This document shows, piece after piece, positions 37,836 to 47,750 of a DNA stretch of 57,948 bases. Source of the stretch: a virus (taxonomy: Duplodnaviria; Caudoviricetes); the IMG/VR virus record IMGVR_UViG_3300045283_000172, positions 1-57,948 of that record; one strand, written 5' to 3'. Position 1 is the first letter of the stretch. Each line of letters starts with the position of its first letter. A program made the translations under genes and the position numbers. The notes beneath the pieces were generated by a model. It was given only the letters and a program-made list of their open reading frames with translations, made no database searches and had not been told where the DNA came from.

Positions 37836-39145
37836 TATATATTCTTCAGAGCATCTAGCAAAGCCTTTTGGCTAATATCTTTGTTATTTAATACTTTCAA
37901 TATGACTTCATCGATACACTTTTCAGCTACTATATGATTAATAATTACAGGTTTTGATTGTCCTAATCTATGTAACCTAGCATTAAATTGCAAATAATCC
38001 TCTAAATTCCATGTTAAGCCAAACCATATAATTATATGTCCTCCTTGTTGCAAATTAAGACCTTTACCGCTACTGGCAGGGTGACATAACAACAGTTTGA
38101 TCTTATCTTTGTTCCATAAGTCTACATTCTTACTTTCCTTATCCATTACGACCGCATGTTTAAAACGCTTCTGTAGCCTCATTAGATCACTTTTATAATT
38201 ATAAGCTACTAGGATATTCTCATTAGGATTATCTTCTATAATATCATTCAAAGCGTCTAATTTAGCATCATGTACTTCTATGATATCTTTGTTTTCATCA
38301 TAAATAGCTCCATTACAAAACTGAAGTAATTTATTACTAAGACTAGCTGCATTTAATGTAGATATTTCTTGATTACCGATAATGGCGATGAATTCCTTTT
38401 TTAATTCATTATATAGTTTCATCTGAGGTATTTTGATTTTAGTAACCAGATTAATCTTATTGGGTAATTGGATATAATCTTCAGCCTGCATAGATAAAGT
38501 TATATCTGAAATAAGATCATATATTTTAGCGGGATATATAGGCATATAATTATATCCTGTATAATCACAGAAAAAATGGCGTTCTTTATATATAGCCATG
38601 GTTTTACCTAATCTTTCGCCTTTATCAAGTAAATATATTTGAGACCAGAGATCCATTACACCATTAGGGGAAGGGGTACCTGTTAGTTCAACCATATAAT
38701 CATATTGAAATTTACGTAGTGCTTTGAAACGTTTAGATGATGAACTTTTAAAACTTGAACTTTCATCAATTATTATAGCATCCCATTTAGTATTCTTAAT
38801 CTTATAAAGCCAATAAACATTTTCTCTATTTATAAGATATATATTAGCTTCTTTTTTTAATGCTTTTAATCTTTCTTTTTCATTCCCAATAACCAAAGAA
38901 TAACTAAGATGTTTTAAATGTGACCACTTAGATATCTCATTATGCCATACATTGTTAACCACTCTAAGTGGGCCGATAATGAGTATTTTTGATATTGAAA
39001 ATTCGTCGAGTAATCTTGATAAAGCAGTAAGAGTAATTACAGTTTTACCAAGTCCCATGTCAAGGAATAAAGCGCATTTCTTTTTATCTAAAATGAATTT
39101 AATAGCATTAAGTTGATAGAGATGTAGATCTGGTAGTGTGTTCAT
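37835..39145 (-). CDS. SNF2-related helicase
   Basis: LDMGLGKT, IIDESS, LTGTP, HPASSGKGLNLQ, QFNARLHRLGQ. Confidence 0.95.
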   Translation of the reverse strand: MNTLPDLHLYQLNAIKFILDKKKCALFLDMGLGKTVITLTALSRLLDEFSISKILIIGPLRVVNNVWHNEISKWSHLKHLSYSLVIGNEKERLKALKKEANIYLINRENVYWLYKIKNTKWDAIIIDESSSFKSSSSKRFKALRKFQYDYMVELTGTPSPNGVMDLWSQIYLLDKGERLGKTMAIYKERHFFCDYTGYNYMPIYPAKIYDLISDITLSMQAEDYIQLPNKINLVTKIKIPQMKLYNELKKEFIAIIGNQEISTLNAASLSNKLLQFCNGAIYDENKDIIEVHDAKLDALNDIIEDNPNENILVAYNYKSDLMRLQKRFKHAVVMDKESKNVDLWNKDKIKLLLCHPASSGKGLNLQQGGHIIIWFGLTWNLEDYLQFNARLHRLGQSKPVIINHIVAEKCIDEVILKVLNNKDISQKALLDALKNI

Positions 39146-39732
39146 TTATATTTAATAAATAATTCAGACCTTCGTTTTTTCTCATCTTCTAATAGATTTT
39201 TAAAAAAATCATACATTTCAGGAGGGCCAAAACTAAAAAGAACATCTGCAAGTGTAAAACCATTTTCTTTAAGGTTAATACACCTCTCAAGACCTTTATC
39301 ACTAATACTATTTATTAATAATTTACATATTTCTTGTCGTTCAGAACACTCTTCCCAAGAAATTAACGCAATTGAGGCATGTTTTACTAACGTATATGGC
39401 TCAAATTTAAGTGTCATTGGGTTACATTGTATGAATAATTTACATAATTCTTTACGGCCCAATGATATAGCAGCTACAAACGGAGTTACATGAACGCCTG
39501 TAAATTTATAATGATCAATAGTTTCTGGTTTTATACTTGTGATAAACTGACATACTTTTAAATCGTTTGCTACAACCGCATAAAATAAAAGAGTATATCC
39601 ATATTTCTCACATTCTTCTGTTAATTCTTCGTGCTTTATTTTATACAACAATTCCATAGCAAGATCAGTTTGTGCAGTACAAATAGCATGTTGCAATTCA
39701 CGCCATATTTTACTTCTTTTCGTATTAGCCAT
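39142..39732 (-). CDS. Ankyrin-repeat protein (degenerate)
   Basis: GYTLLFYAV..NDLKVCQFI, TPFVAAI..GRKELCKLFI. Confidence 0.75.
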   Translation of the reverse strand: MANTKRSKIWRELQHAICTAQTDLAMELLYKIKHEELTEECEKYGYTLLFYAVVANDLKVCQFITSIKPETIDHYKFTGVHVTPFVAAISLGRKELCKLFIQCNPMTLKFEPYTLVKHASIALISWEECSERQEICKLLINSISDKGLERCINLKENGFTLADVLFSFGPPEMYDFFKNLLEDEKKRRSELFIKYK

Positions 39733-39750
39733 ATATAAAACTCAATTTAT

Positions 39751-40536
39751 TTAAACAATTAAACCATGTTCGCCTAACTCTAACATATGAACTATTTTTT
39801 TATGACGTACTTCATTTAAAACCGCTATACTATATGCGCTATCCTTCTTAAAATTTGTTGCAACAATACCTTCCCTACTCATATTCCTGACCAGCAATCT
39901 AACCATTTGTTCATATCCATTTTCAACTGCTATATGCAAAGGAGTTACTTCTCCATAACCGTTTTTACAATTAATAGTAGATTTAGTATGTGGAATTAAT
40001 AATTTACAAATTTCTAATTGATTATTACGTGCACAGATATGTAATACTGTTTCACCATCTTTATCTAAACTATTTATTTCAGTTATTGGCATATGTTCTA
40101 TAAGATATTTACATATTCTTATATTACCAGTTTCATTTTTTTTAATTGCTAAATGCAATGGGGTTTGATTAGTATTAGCCATTTTATCGAATATAATTTT
40201 GTATAAATTATCCCCATCTTTATGATTGCGTTCTGTACAATCTACTACTGTAAAATTTCTATTTTCTAATGGATCTTTATGGTAAATATCATCAGCTATT
40301 TTTAATTCTTCCCATATCTCATCTTCTAATTTATTAATTCTTTTCTTTATTAAATCGTGAACTTCCCACATACATTGTTTTTCAGCATGACGTAAAGGTC
40401 TTCTGTTATTATAAGAAGGATGCCATGTTAATCCTCTTAAAGTCAGAGTAGGAATTAATTTTTTGCATAATTCCGTATCATAATAATCTATAGCCTCATA
40501 GAATTCTTCCCATATTTCTTCTTGTTTTTTAACCAT
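39751..40536 (-). CDS. Ankyrin-repeat protein
   Basis: TPLHLAI, DKDGETVLHICARNNQLEICKLLI, TPLHIAVENG..MVRLLV. Confidence 0.93.
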   Translation of the reverse strand: MVKKQEEIWEEFYEAIDYYDTELCKKLIPTLTLRGLTWHPSYNNRRPLRHAEKQCMWEVHDLIKKRINKLEDEIWEELKIADDIYHKDPLENRNFTVVDCTERNHKDGDNLYKIIFDKMANTNQTPLHLAIKKNETGNIRICKYLIEHMPITEINSLDKDGETVLHICARNNQLEICKLLIPHTKSTINCKNGYGEVTPLHIAVENGYEQMVRLLVRNMSREGIVATNFKKDSAYSIAVLNEVRHKKIVHMLELGEHGLIV

Positions 40537-40816
40537 ATATAAAACTCATTTTATCTATTAATAATTTACCAACTTCGTAATCATCTATAACTTCTACCGT
40601 TATACCTCTTCCCGTTAACATTTTAAAGGTGCTTTCTTGTAACTTGGTAGGAATTTTACCTTTACGTTTAAATTCTATGAAAAAGATACCACCTGTAGGA
40701 CTTATAAACAATCTATCAGGCACTGAACGGTTAGAGGGAGATGTGAATTTATATGCTAAAAAATCTTTAGTTTTGGCGTAATTTACTACTTTTCGTTCTA
40801 TTTCTTTTTCAAGCAT
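40529..40816 (-). CDS. VRR-NUC domain nuclease
   Basis: EKEIE..KFTSP...VPDR..FIEFK..PTKLQ. Confidence 0.93.
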   Translation of the reverse strand: MLEKEIERKVVNYAKTKDFLAYKFTSPSNRSVPDRLFISPTGGIFFIEFKRKGKIPTKLQESTFKMLTGRGITVEVIDDYEVGKLLIDKMSFIYG

Positions 40817-41252
40817 TATTTTCTAATTCTTCTATCCTTTTATCTATTAAAACTTTGATTGATAACATACCATAATAATTAGCCAAATAAGATGCACACC
40901 CATTATAATGACAACCGTATCCACCGTTGTAAGTTAAAGCTTCTAAATCCATTTTTGGAATCAGCATTTTACATATTGATATATTATTTTTTTTAATTGC
41001 GTAATGTAGCGCAGTATAATCATCTAAATTTATTATATTAACAATATTTGGGTCTATCAATTTAAGAATATTGTTAAAAATATTGGTATTCGGTTTTTTT
41101 ATATAGTCTATAATATCATGTAAAATAGTATTTTTATTATCATCCTCTTCCCCATTAAGAAGGTTTGGATATGTTTTTTTAATAGCATCTAATATTAATA
41201 ATGTTTTTTTAATATCTTTTATACGAATAGCATCTAGTAAGTCACCTCTCAT
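40809..41252 (-). CDS. Ankyrin-repeat protein
   Basis: NTILH, YTALHYAIKKNNISICKMLI. Confidence 0.85.
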   Translation of the reverse strand: MRGDLLDAIRIKDIKKTLLILDAIKKTYPNLLNGEEDDNKNTILHDIIDYIKKPNTNIFNNILKLIDPNIVNIINLDDYTALHYAIKKNNISICKMLIPKMDLEALTYNGGYGCHYNGCASYLANYYGMLSIKVLIDKRIEELENNA

Positions 41253-41833
41253 TTCACACCTAAATTCTTTAACATTTCAGCTATTTCTGTATAGACTGCT
41301 AATTTTTCCGTGACTATATCTAATGCAGTTTGATTGTCAGTATTTTTTGCGTTAATACCATCTAATGACATATTTGAAATTAATAAATTACTAATTTCTT
41401 TATGACCTTTTCTAACAGCGTAATGTAATGCTGTTTCTTCAAACATTGTATCTTGATAATTAATTTTTGAAAGCATCATAGGAATTAATAATTTACATAA
41501 TTTTATATTATTAACTTCTGCGCATTCATGTAGTGCTGTACCAGTTCCACAACCATGAGCGTTAATTCCTTCTATTGTCATTCTTTCTATAAGAAGTTTA
41601 CATATTTCATCCCCACATATTTTACTCATAGAGATAGCTGTATGTAATAATGTATATTCGTCTTTTCGTGCTTCCATAGAAATAACTTCAACAGAAGCTT
41701 TTTTAATCAAATCAATAACCTTACGATCACCTATTTCTATTAGTTCATTTATTTCATTAAATTTTTCTAAGTTTTCCCAGTATTTATCATAATCTTCTAA
41801 TTCCCAATGTTTATCATCTTCTTCTAATCCCAT
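41249..41833 (-). CDS. Ankyrin-repeat protein
   Basis: TLLHTAI, TALHECA..LCKLLI, TALHYAVRKGH.EI..LLI, INAKN...QTALD. Confidence 0.92.
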   Translation of the reverse strand: MGLEEDDKHWELEDYDKYWENLEKFNEINELIEIGDRKVIDLIKKASVEVISMEARKDEYTLLHTAISMSKICGDEICKLLIERMTIEGINAHGCGTGTALHECAEVNNIKLCKLLIPMMLSKINYQDTMFEETALHYAVRKGHKEISNLLISNMSLDGINAKNTDNQTALDIVTEKLAVYTEIAEMLKNLGVK

Positions 41834-41834
41834 A

Positions 41835-43592
41835 TCATTTCACCCCTAAATTCTTTAACATTTCATAACTCTTATCTATATATTTCTGAAAATCAATATC
41901 AGCTCTTGGTTTATCATCTAATATCATAAGTGGAATAGCACCATCACTACCTGCTACCTTATTACCATTTTTCTTATAGGTTATTTTATCACCATCTTTA
42001 GAGTAATACCATCTTACCGTTTTACCTAAATATTTATCTCTGAATACTCCACCTCCTTCTACTCTTCGTATGATAAGGAATTTTCTTATATCGTCCTTAT
42101 TGTTAAATATAGTATCTTCTATATCAATTCTATTCTGTAAATATTCTATTATAGCCTCAATACATATAGTACTTACTGGATTTTTAACTAACCCTTCTAA
42201 TGCATAAAATCCCTTACATTTAACACTATTATCTTCTAGTATTGCTATATAAGAGTTAACCGATTCATGGTAGATAGTCTTATAATGAGTTTTCTCTAAT
42301 TTAAGATTAGTTGTTTCTTCCCAATTATTTAAAACTGTATCTAATATCCCTATATTATCTTTTTTACCTTTAACCGTCACGCCGTCAGTATTAGCTGATA
42401 TTATTTCAAAACCTTGTAAACTTAAATTCTCTATTAACATTAATAGGGATAATTGACCTGTAATAGTAGTATGCAATAATAAATTAGGAGAATATAAAGC
42501 ACTATATCTAGAGCCAAATTTTCCGAAACTTCCGTTGAGAATAATTTTATAAGTATCTGCTCTTATCTTATCATTATTTTTTTTAGCTCTAATTCTTTCA
42601 TTATAGAAAGTTCGGTAGAGAGTAAGAAAATTTATTCCTAATTTCTCAGGATAATAACCATTATTCAATATAATAGATGGGTAATAACTTACCACGTCGA
42701 CATCAAGTAAAAATTCATCTTCATTAATTAAAGTCGCTACATGCTTTTCATTAGAATGAAGTCCACCAATACCAAGTGAAAATGATACATTATTTATTGT
42801 AACTTTACTCTTAAGCTTTTTATCTTTAATAAGAGCTCCTTTCTCATTACATCTAAATTCTACTTTTTGTAATATACTGAAGAATTCTAAAAGTTCTTCA
42901 GTTATAAAGTTAATATACGATGGAGGAGTATATGCATATACTTTTTCTTGATCTACAACATTATCATAATGCTTAATAAGCAAAAGATTCTTAATAATAG
43001 CTTCCGCTACTTGAGCATCTGATTTTGATCTTAATTCAAGATTATAAATCTTACCTATTTTCTCACGTAACTCTATTCTATCTTGAATTTCATCGTAAAG
43101 TTCAATGGTTATATTAATATCATTGAAACAATAATTTTTAATTACTTCATGCTCGTTACTATTAATGAGTTTATCGGGCTCATATGGCAAATCTTGTAGT
43201 ATCTTACTATGCATTCTTGCCCCATACATCTTAAGGCTAATATGTATGGCAGGAGCTACTTCTATTAAATCTATATGATTCCAAAAGTAAGGAACTTTGA
43301 TATTATATTCACGGCATACTTCCCATGAGAATTTACCCGATGTTATTATTTGATCTGAAAATTCTTTTAATTGTTGCCGTGTAGCGCCACTTAACGCATA
43401 AGATATCATCGGAAGGTCATAACTTTTGGAATTAAAACCTATAGTCAGATACTTACGCATTATATCTGTTATTTCATTGAAATTTAGAGAGGAAGTATCT
43501 GTTATTTGATAAGAACGATTTTTACCGCTAGTAGATTTAAAGCATATTAGAAAATAATTACAATAACATTCAACATCTAAAAATACTTTCAT
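41835..43592 (-). CDS. Family B DNA polymerase with proofreading exonuclease
   Basis: Exo DVECY, GFN..YD, YC.ND; Pol DVVSYYPS, KIILNGSFGK, ANTDG. Confidence 0.92.
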   Translation of the reverse strand: MKVFLDVECYCNYFLICFKSTSGKNRSYQITDTSSLNFNEITDIMRKYLTIGFNSKSYDLPMISYALSGATRQQLKEFSDQIITSGKFSWEVCREYNIKVPYFWNHIDLIEVAPAIHISLKMYGARMHSKILQDLPYEPDKLINSNEHEVIKNYCFNDINITIELYDEIQDRIELREKIGKIYNLELRSKSDAQVAEAIIKNLLLIKHYDNVVDQEKVYAYTPPSYINFITEELLEFFSILQKVEFRCNEKGALIKDKKLKSKVTINNVSFSLGIGGLHSNEKHVATLINEDEFLLDVDVVSYYPSIILNNGYYPEKLGINFLTLYRTFYNERIRAKKNNDKIRADTYKIILNGSFGKFGSRYSALYSPNLLLHTTITGQLSLLMLIENLSLQGFEIISANTDGVTVKGKKDNIGILDTVLNNWEETTNLKLEKTHYKTIYHESVNSYIAILEDNSVKCKGFYALEGLVKNPVSTICIEAIIEYLQNRIDIEDTIFNNKDDIRKFLIIRRVEGGGVFRDKYLGKTVRWYYSKDGDKITYKKNGNKVAGSDGAIPLMILDDKPRADIDFQKYIDKSYEMLKNLGVK

Positions 43593-43613
43593 GATTATAT
43601 TTATTTCTTACAA

Positions 43614-43689
43614 TGGCTGGGATGGAGGGACTCGAACCATCGACCTACGGTATCAAAAACCGGTGCTCTACCAGCTGAGCTACATCCCA
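43614..43689 (-). tRNA. tRNA-Gln(TTG)
   Basis: Acceptor TGGGATG/CATCCCA with G73 and CCA; anticodon loop TTTTGAT; one mismatch each in the anticodon and T stems. Confidence 0.88.
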
Positions 43690-43690
43690 T

Positions 43691-43747
43691 TGGGGAGATG
43701 AAGGGTAGTACGACTATATTGCTTTAAGCTACTCAGCCATACCCATC
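43691..43747 (-). pseudogene. Possible tRNA remnant (Ser/Tyr-like D arm)
   Basis: TGGCTGAGTAGCTTAAAGCA D-arm-like segment and a CCA end, but no anticodon or T arm. Confidence 0.35.
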
Positions 43748-43870
43748 AAATTCCCCTATACTTTGATGGTAAAAACAAAGTATAGAGGGCAAACATCATT
43801 ACCAATATAAAATAACATATAACGTACGTTCTAGCCGCTACATTAGGTTATATTGATAATTTAGTTATTC

Positions 43871-44416
43871 TTAAAATAAAGCGTTTTCTTCTTCAATAGG
43901 CTCAAATGCTCCGTCTATTTTCATTGGCTCATTACCAAATGAAACACCATCCTTTCTAAATTGAACGGCTTTTATATTAGCAGTCATACCTGTGCTTATT
44001 TCATTATAAAAATATAAAGTTATATAGGCACTAACATAACAACCAGCATAAAACATATTATCATCTTCATGTACTGGAGTAATTCCATCTTTCCCAACAA
44101 CAGGAAAACTGTTAATGGATTTAGCATTTAAAATATATTTGTTTTTATACTCTTCTTTGTCGCTATCATCCCCATCTTTAAAACAGATATCTTTTAATTT
44201 TTGTATAGATGTTTTATTTTCTGTTAAAAGATTATCAATTGCTTTTTTTATTGTCTCTATTTCTTTGGCATGTTCAACTTTATCTAATATAAAACTTGCT
44301 TGATATTTAGGTTTAGCATCCGCTGGAGCTTTTGGATGAACTGTACGTCTAAATAATGATGGATAAGATAATCTAACATCGTTAAGTTTAATTGGATTAG
44401 AAGTTTTCAGAGACAT
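43871..44416 (-). CDS. Single-stranded DNA-binding protein (DUF2815/gp2.5-like)
   Basis: VRLSYPSLF, KY, KDGD, FYAGCYV.A, VQF.KDG, acidic tail ending in F. Confidence 0.9.
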   Translation of the reverse strand: MSLKTSNPIKLNDVRLSYPSLFRRTVHPKAPADAKPKYQASFILDKVEHAKEIETIKKAIDNLLTENKTSIQKLKDICFKDGDDSDKEEYKNKYILNAKSINSFPVVGKDGITPVHEDDNMFYAGCYVSAYITLYFYNEISTGMTANIKAVQFRKDGVSFGNEPMKIDGAFEPIEEENALF

Positions 44417-44448
44417 TTTTCACTCTTTATCATAAATAATTTAATCGT

Positions 44449-45528
44449 TTATGATAAAAGATCATCCTCTACAGCATCAAATTCTAATTCTGTAAATTCT
44501 AAGGCTTTTCTTTTATCATTTCCCAGTACTAATACGGGCTTGCAATTGGAAACATAGACAAGGGATTCTAAAGTTTCTTTGTCTACTAATTTCTCTAATG
44601 CCGTTACCCCTATAAGAGATTTAATATATGCCTTTTCACCTAACAATTCAAACAATTTATTATCAATATTATCTCTTATTTTTCTTATATTCCTACCTGC
44701 CACAAGTTTATAACCCGGAAAAGGTAACCCCATAGATAATTTATCATAAACCCTACCCTTCACTGAATTTATAAAATTTGATATTACATTAGAATTATCA
44801 AGGATATATTTGGTTTGTTCATCATCTATATGGTTATTTTTAATATCCATAACTTCAGCGGCAAATTTATATAAAGCAGGACATGTAGAATTAGCTCTAC
44901 ACCATTTACAGGCATCTTCACTTGGGATGCGAGGAGCATCATTCCTTAAAGCTTCCTCAGCCTTAGCTTTGAAATAGCCTTCGAAAAACGACATTTCTTT
45001 TATTGATAATGTCCATTTATCAAAATTATTAGTACGTGGTTGAACTATATGAACACTGATAGTATTAATATTGTCTTTATTTTCTAATTCACGGTACATC
45101 CCTATAGCATATAAAAGTAATTGTGTATTTTCGTACGCAGTTACATTATTCATACCGTATTTCAAATCAACGATATGTAATGTATTATTAGCTACAATAA
45201 CAGCATCTGCAGTACCAAAACCACCAGGTACAATATGTGAAAAGTCTACACGTTTCTCTATATATATTTCAGGATACCATATATGTTCAGGGGAAATTTC
45301 TTTTATATAATCAACATATAATTGAATATTTTCGTCCATTTCTACGGGGATATCATACCCACTAATATCTTCCTTATTCAATATAGCCGCAGCTATTTCA
45401 TGGGCAAGTATACCTTCATCCGCATACTTGCTCTTTACTTCAGGGAATGCTTCTTCGGCTTTGACACTCCCTGGGCATAAAATCCAGCGATGACTACCAC
45501 TGGCACTTAATTTAGCGTGTTTTTGCAT
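44449..45528 (-). CDS. DUF2800 / Cas4-like PD-(D/E)xK exonuclease
   Basis: HAKLSASGSHRW..CPGS, GFGTAD, DLKYG, NTQL.LYA, CKWC.....C. Confidence 0.92.
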   Translation of the reverse strand: MQKHAKLSASGSHRWILCPGSVKAEEAFPEVKSKYADEGILAHEIAAAILNKEDISGYDIPVEMDENIQLYVDYIKEISPEHIWYPEIYIEKRVDFSHIVPGGFGTADAVIVANNTLHIVDLKYGMNNVTAYENTQLLLYAIGMYRELENKDNINTISVHIVQPRTNNFDKWTLSIKEMSFFEGYFKAKAEEALRNDAPRIPSEDACKWCRANSTCPALYKFAAEVMDIKNNHIDDEQTKYILDNSNVISNFINSVKGRVYDKLSMGLPFPGYKLVAGRNIRKIRDNIDNKLFELLGEKAYIKSLIGVTALEKLVDKETLESLVYVSNCKPVLVLGNDKRKALEFTELEFDAVEDDLLS

Positions 45529-45531
45529 GAT

Positions 45532-45894
45532 TTAGATATTCTCTATTTTCTGTTCGCATGTTGGACATATAGTATCCTCATTTATTGTTTCTTCTAAACT
45601 TTCTTCCATCTTATTTAGTGATCGCTTAAGAGTAGATAAATTACTTTCATTTACCATAATGTAATGACATAGATCATTTACTATATTTTTAATACAAATT
45701 TTGTCAATACACTTACCTTGTATTAAAAGTCTAAAATATTCTATAAATTCCATAAGATTGTCAATTTCTTTTGTTTGTCTTCTTATGATAATACTATTGC
45801 TGATTATAGTTTCTTCTATTTTTTTTAAGATTAAAGGTATATTTTCTTTACAAGCAGTTAACTCATAATAAATTTTCTGCACTTTATCTTCCAT
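45532..45894 (-). CDS. Hypothetical coiled-coil protein with C-terminal CxxC
   Basis: 120 aa ORF, CPTC. Confidence 0.7.
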   Translation of the reverse strand: MEDKVQKIYYELTACKENIPLILKKIEETIISNSIIIRRQTKEIDNLMEFIEYFRLLIQGKCIDKICIKNIVNDLCHYIMVNESNLSTLKRSLNKMEESLEETINEDTICPTCEQKIENI

Positions 45895-45895
45895 A

Positions 45896-46069
45896 TTAAA
45901 ATTCCCTAGTTTTTAAATCATATAACTTAGCATCTAATTCGTCTACCCTATCTATTAGATCCATAATTAATTCTTTTAAATGGGTAGGATGTTCGATATG
46001 TTCTAATTTTTCTATAGCTTCTATTCTTTTAGTTAACTTTTTTATAAGTTCAGTGTTATCTTTTTCCAT
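45896..46069 (-). CDS. Small hypothetical protein, 57 aa (not in ORF track)
   Basis: MEKDNTELIKKLTKRIEAIEK...; weakly similar to 45532-45894. Confidence 0.55.
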   Translation of the reverse strand: MEKDNTELIKKLTKRIEAIEKLEHIEHPTHLKELIMDLIDRVDELDAKLYDLKTREF

Positions 46070-46221
46070 TTTATTTTTCTTCTATTTCTTTTAATTATAT
46101 TTTCAAATTCATTTATTACCTTAAATACCGTATCACTAATTCCCCCGCTCATCATCGTAACATTTTGAAGTTCATATATTAAATCAGCAATATCTTTTAC
46201 TATTTTTTTTGTTTTTCCATT

Positions 46222-46599
46222 TTATTTTTCCTTCGTGATTGTATTTATAAGTTGATTAATGATATTAAGTTCGGCAATGCTTAGTTTTGTTATATTAACT
46301 AATTTAGGAAATTTCCCTGATGTTTTGTTAGCATCTATTGCTATATCTAAGGAAGTACATATATCTTGTATAAAATCAGTGATATTATATTGAAAATAAT
46401 TACAAACCATTAACAAGCGTCCTAATGAAATACGATTAATCCCTGCTTCATATTTTATTAATTGTTGAACACTTATTTCTAATTCTATTGATAATTCTTT
46501 GGCTGTAAGACCTCTTTGACGCCTTAATAGTTTAAGAGTATTACCAACATGTTTAGCTACATGTTTACAGAACTCCTTAGACGATAATTCTTTTTTCAT
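46222..46599 (-). CDS. XRE-family helix-turn-helix regulator
   Basis: ISVQQLIKYEAGINRISLGRL. Confidence 0.9.
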   Translation of the reverse strand: MKKELSSKEFCKHVAKHVGNTLKLLRRQRGLTAKELSIELEISVQQLIKYEAGINRISLGRLLMVCNYFQYNITDFIQDICTSLDIAIDANKTSGKFPKLVNITKLSIAELNIINQLINTITKEK

Positions 46600-46961
46600 A
46601 ACTTTGTAATCTCATTATTAAATTTTTCCAATTGAGCACTGTCTAAATCATAAATTAAATTAGCATTATAAGATCGGAGAATATTCTTTATAATACTTCT
46701 ATTCTTTTCATCCTTACTTATTAAGCTCACTAATTTATTCTTAACCATTTCAATATCCAGTTTCTTTTCAGTTATTCCTTCATTAGATCTATACTCATCA
46801 AATTGTTCTGCTAACTTAGTATCTACAAATTCCTTTAGTCTTAGAAAGCATTCATCCTTAGTCTCAGTGGGACATACTTCATCCTCAATTGAAACTATAA
46901 GTGTTAAATTTTCATAGTTTCCCAGATTCTTAGTTTGGCGTTTGCTATATTTTATTTTCAT
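46596..46961 (-). CDS. Hypothetical protein of the replication operon
   Basis: TKNLGNYEN motif; position. Confidence 0.75.
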   Translation of the reverse strand: MKIKYSKRQTKNLGNYENLTLIVSIEDEVCPTETKDECFLRLKEFVDTKLAEQFDEYRSNEGITEKKLDIEMVKNKLVSLISKDEKNRSIIKNILRSYNANLIYDLDSAQLEKFNNEITKL

Positions 46962-47141
46962 AATTTCCTATTAAATATGTTCATTTTCCCCTAATAATCT
47001 TCTATAAACAATAAGAAGATCCCAGTTGTTGGGGTCATTTTTATTAGCATTAAAGGCTTCTATAAATGCTAATCTAGCTCTCTCTTTCCTTAAAGTGTTA
47101 GTCATGTCGTCCATAGTTTTATCATTATCTAAAAAGTTACC

Positions 47142-47251
47142 ATTTATTATGTAGATTAACCCATAAGTTTATTAACCTACATAATAAATACATCAAAATT
47201 ATGTAAAGTCAACTGTTAAATTATTGACTTTACATAATTTTGATTTAGAAT
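47142..47251. promoter_or_regulatory. Divergent promoter/operator region
   Basis: Perfect 21 bp inverted repeat 47192-47212/47224-47244, each arm starting with TTGACT; 13 bp inverted repeat 47142-47154/47177-47189; lies at the strand switch. Confidence 0.75.
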
Positions 47252-47281
47252 GATTAAATTGTAAATAATTTAAAAGGTTTT

Positions 47282-47452
47282 ATGACAAAAAAATTAGATT
47301 TAGTTAGATTTAGCGGTACACTTCCTGTAAAATTAGCAGATAAACTTAAATCCATAGCTTTGAAAGAAGGACGATCAATGAATGCTGTATTTAATATAGC
47401 TATGGATAAATATTGCGGAGATTATGAAAGAGAAACCCAATTGGATAAATAA
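47282..47452 (+). CDS. Arc/ribbon-helix-helix regulator, 56 aa (not in ORF track)
   Basis: VRFSGTLP..LADKLK..A.KEGRSMNAV, an Arc-like signature; AAAGG RBS. Confidence 0.85.
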   Translation: MTKKLDLVRFSGTLPVKLADKLKSIALKEGRSMNAVFNIAMDKYCGDYERETQLDK

Positions 47453-47633
47453 GATAATAAATATCTTAGTAAGCATTGTGATAATAGTATTACTAGGATC
47501 TAATATCATACTCTTTTATTCCATATTTTGTACCCCTGCTAAAAATACTTATAATGAATCTGATCTTTATGATTTAGAGGCCCTGGAAATTCTTTACCCT
47601 GAAATAGATCTAAGTACTTACTCAACAAAATAA
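47424..47633 (+). CDS. Small membrane protein
   Basis: One strong hydrophobic helix; GGAG RBS. Confidence 0.65.
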   Translation: MKEKPNWINKIINILVSIVIIVLLGSNIILFYSIFCTPAKNTYNESDLYDLEALEILYPEIDLSTYSTK

Positions 47634-47750
47634 TCCCCACAAATTGTATCTTTACCATATAGAGCACATACACAATATGGTTTTTCCATGCATATTTTTA
47701 ATATGTTTAATAATGTATACTTTTTTGTAATAATAACATAAATTTATCTT

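Noticed and set aside
47424-47633. Holin call for small membrane ORFs
   Set aside because: Several one-helix ORFs exist, but none lies beside a lysin or has features that single it out
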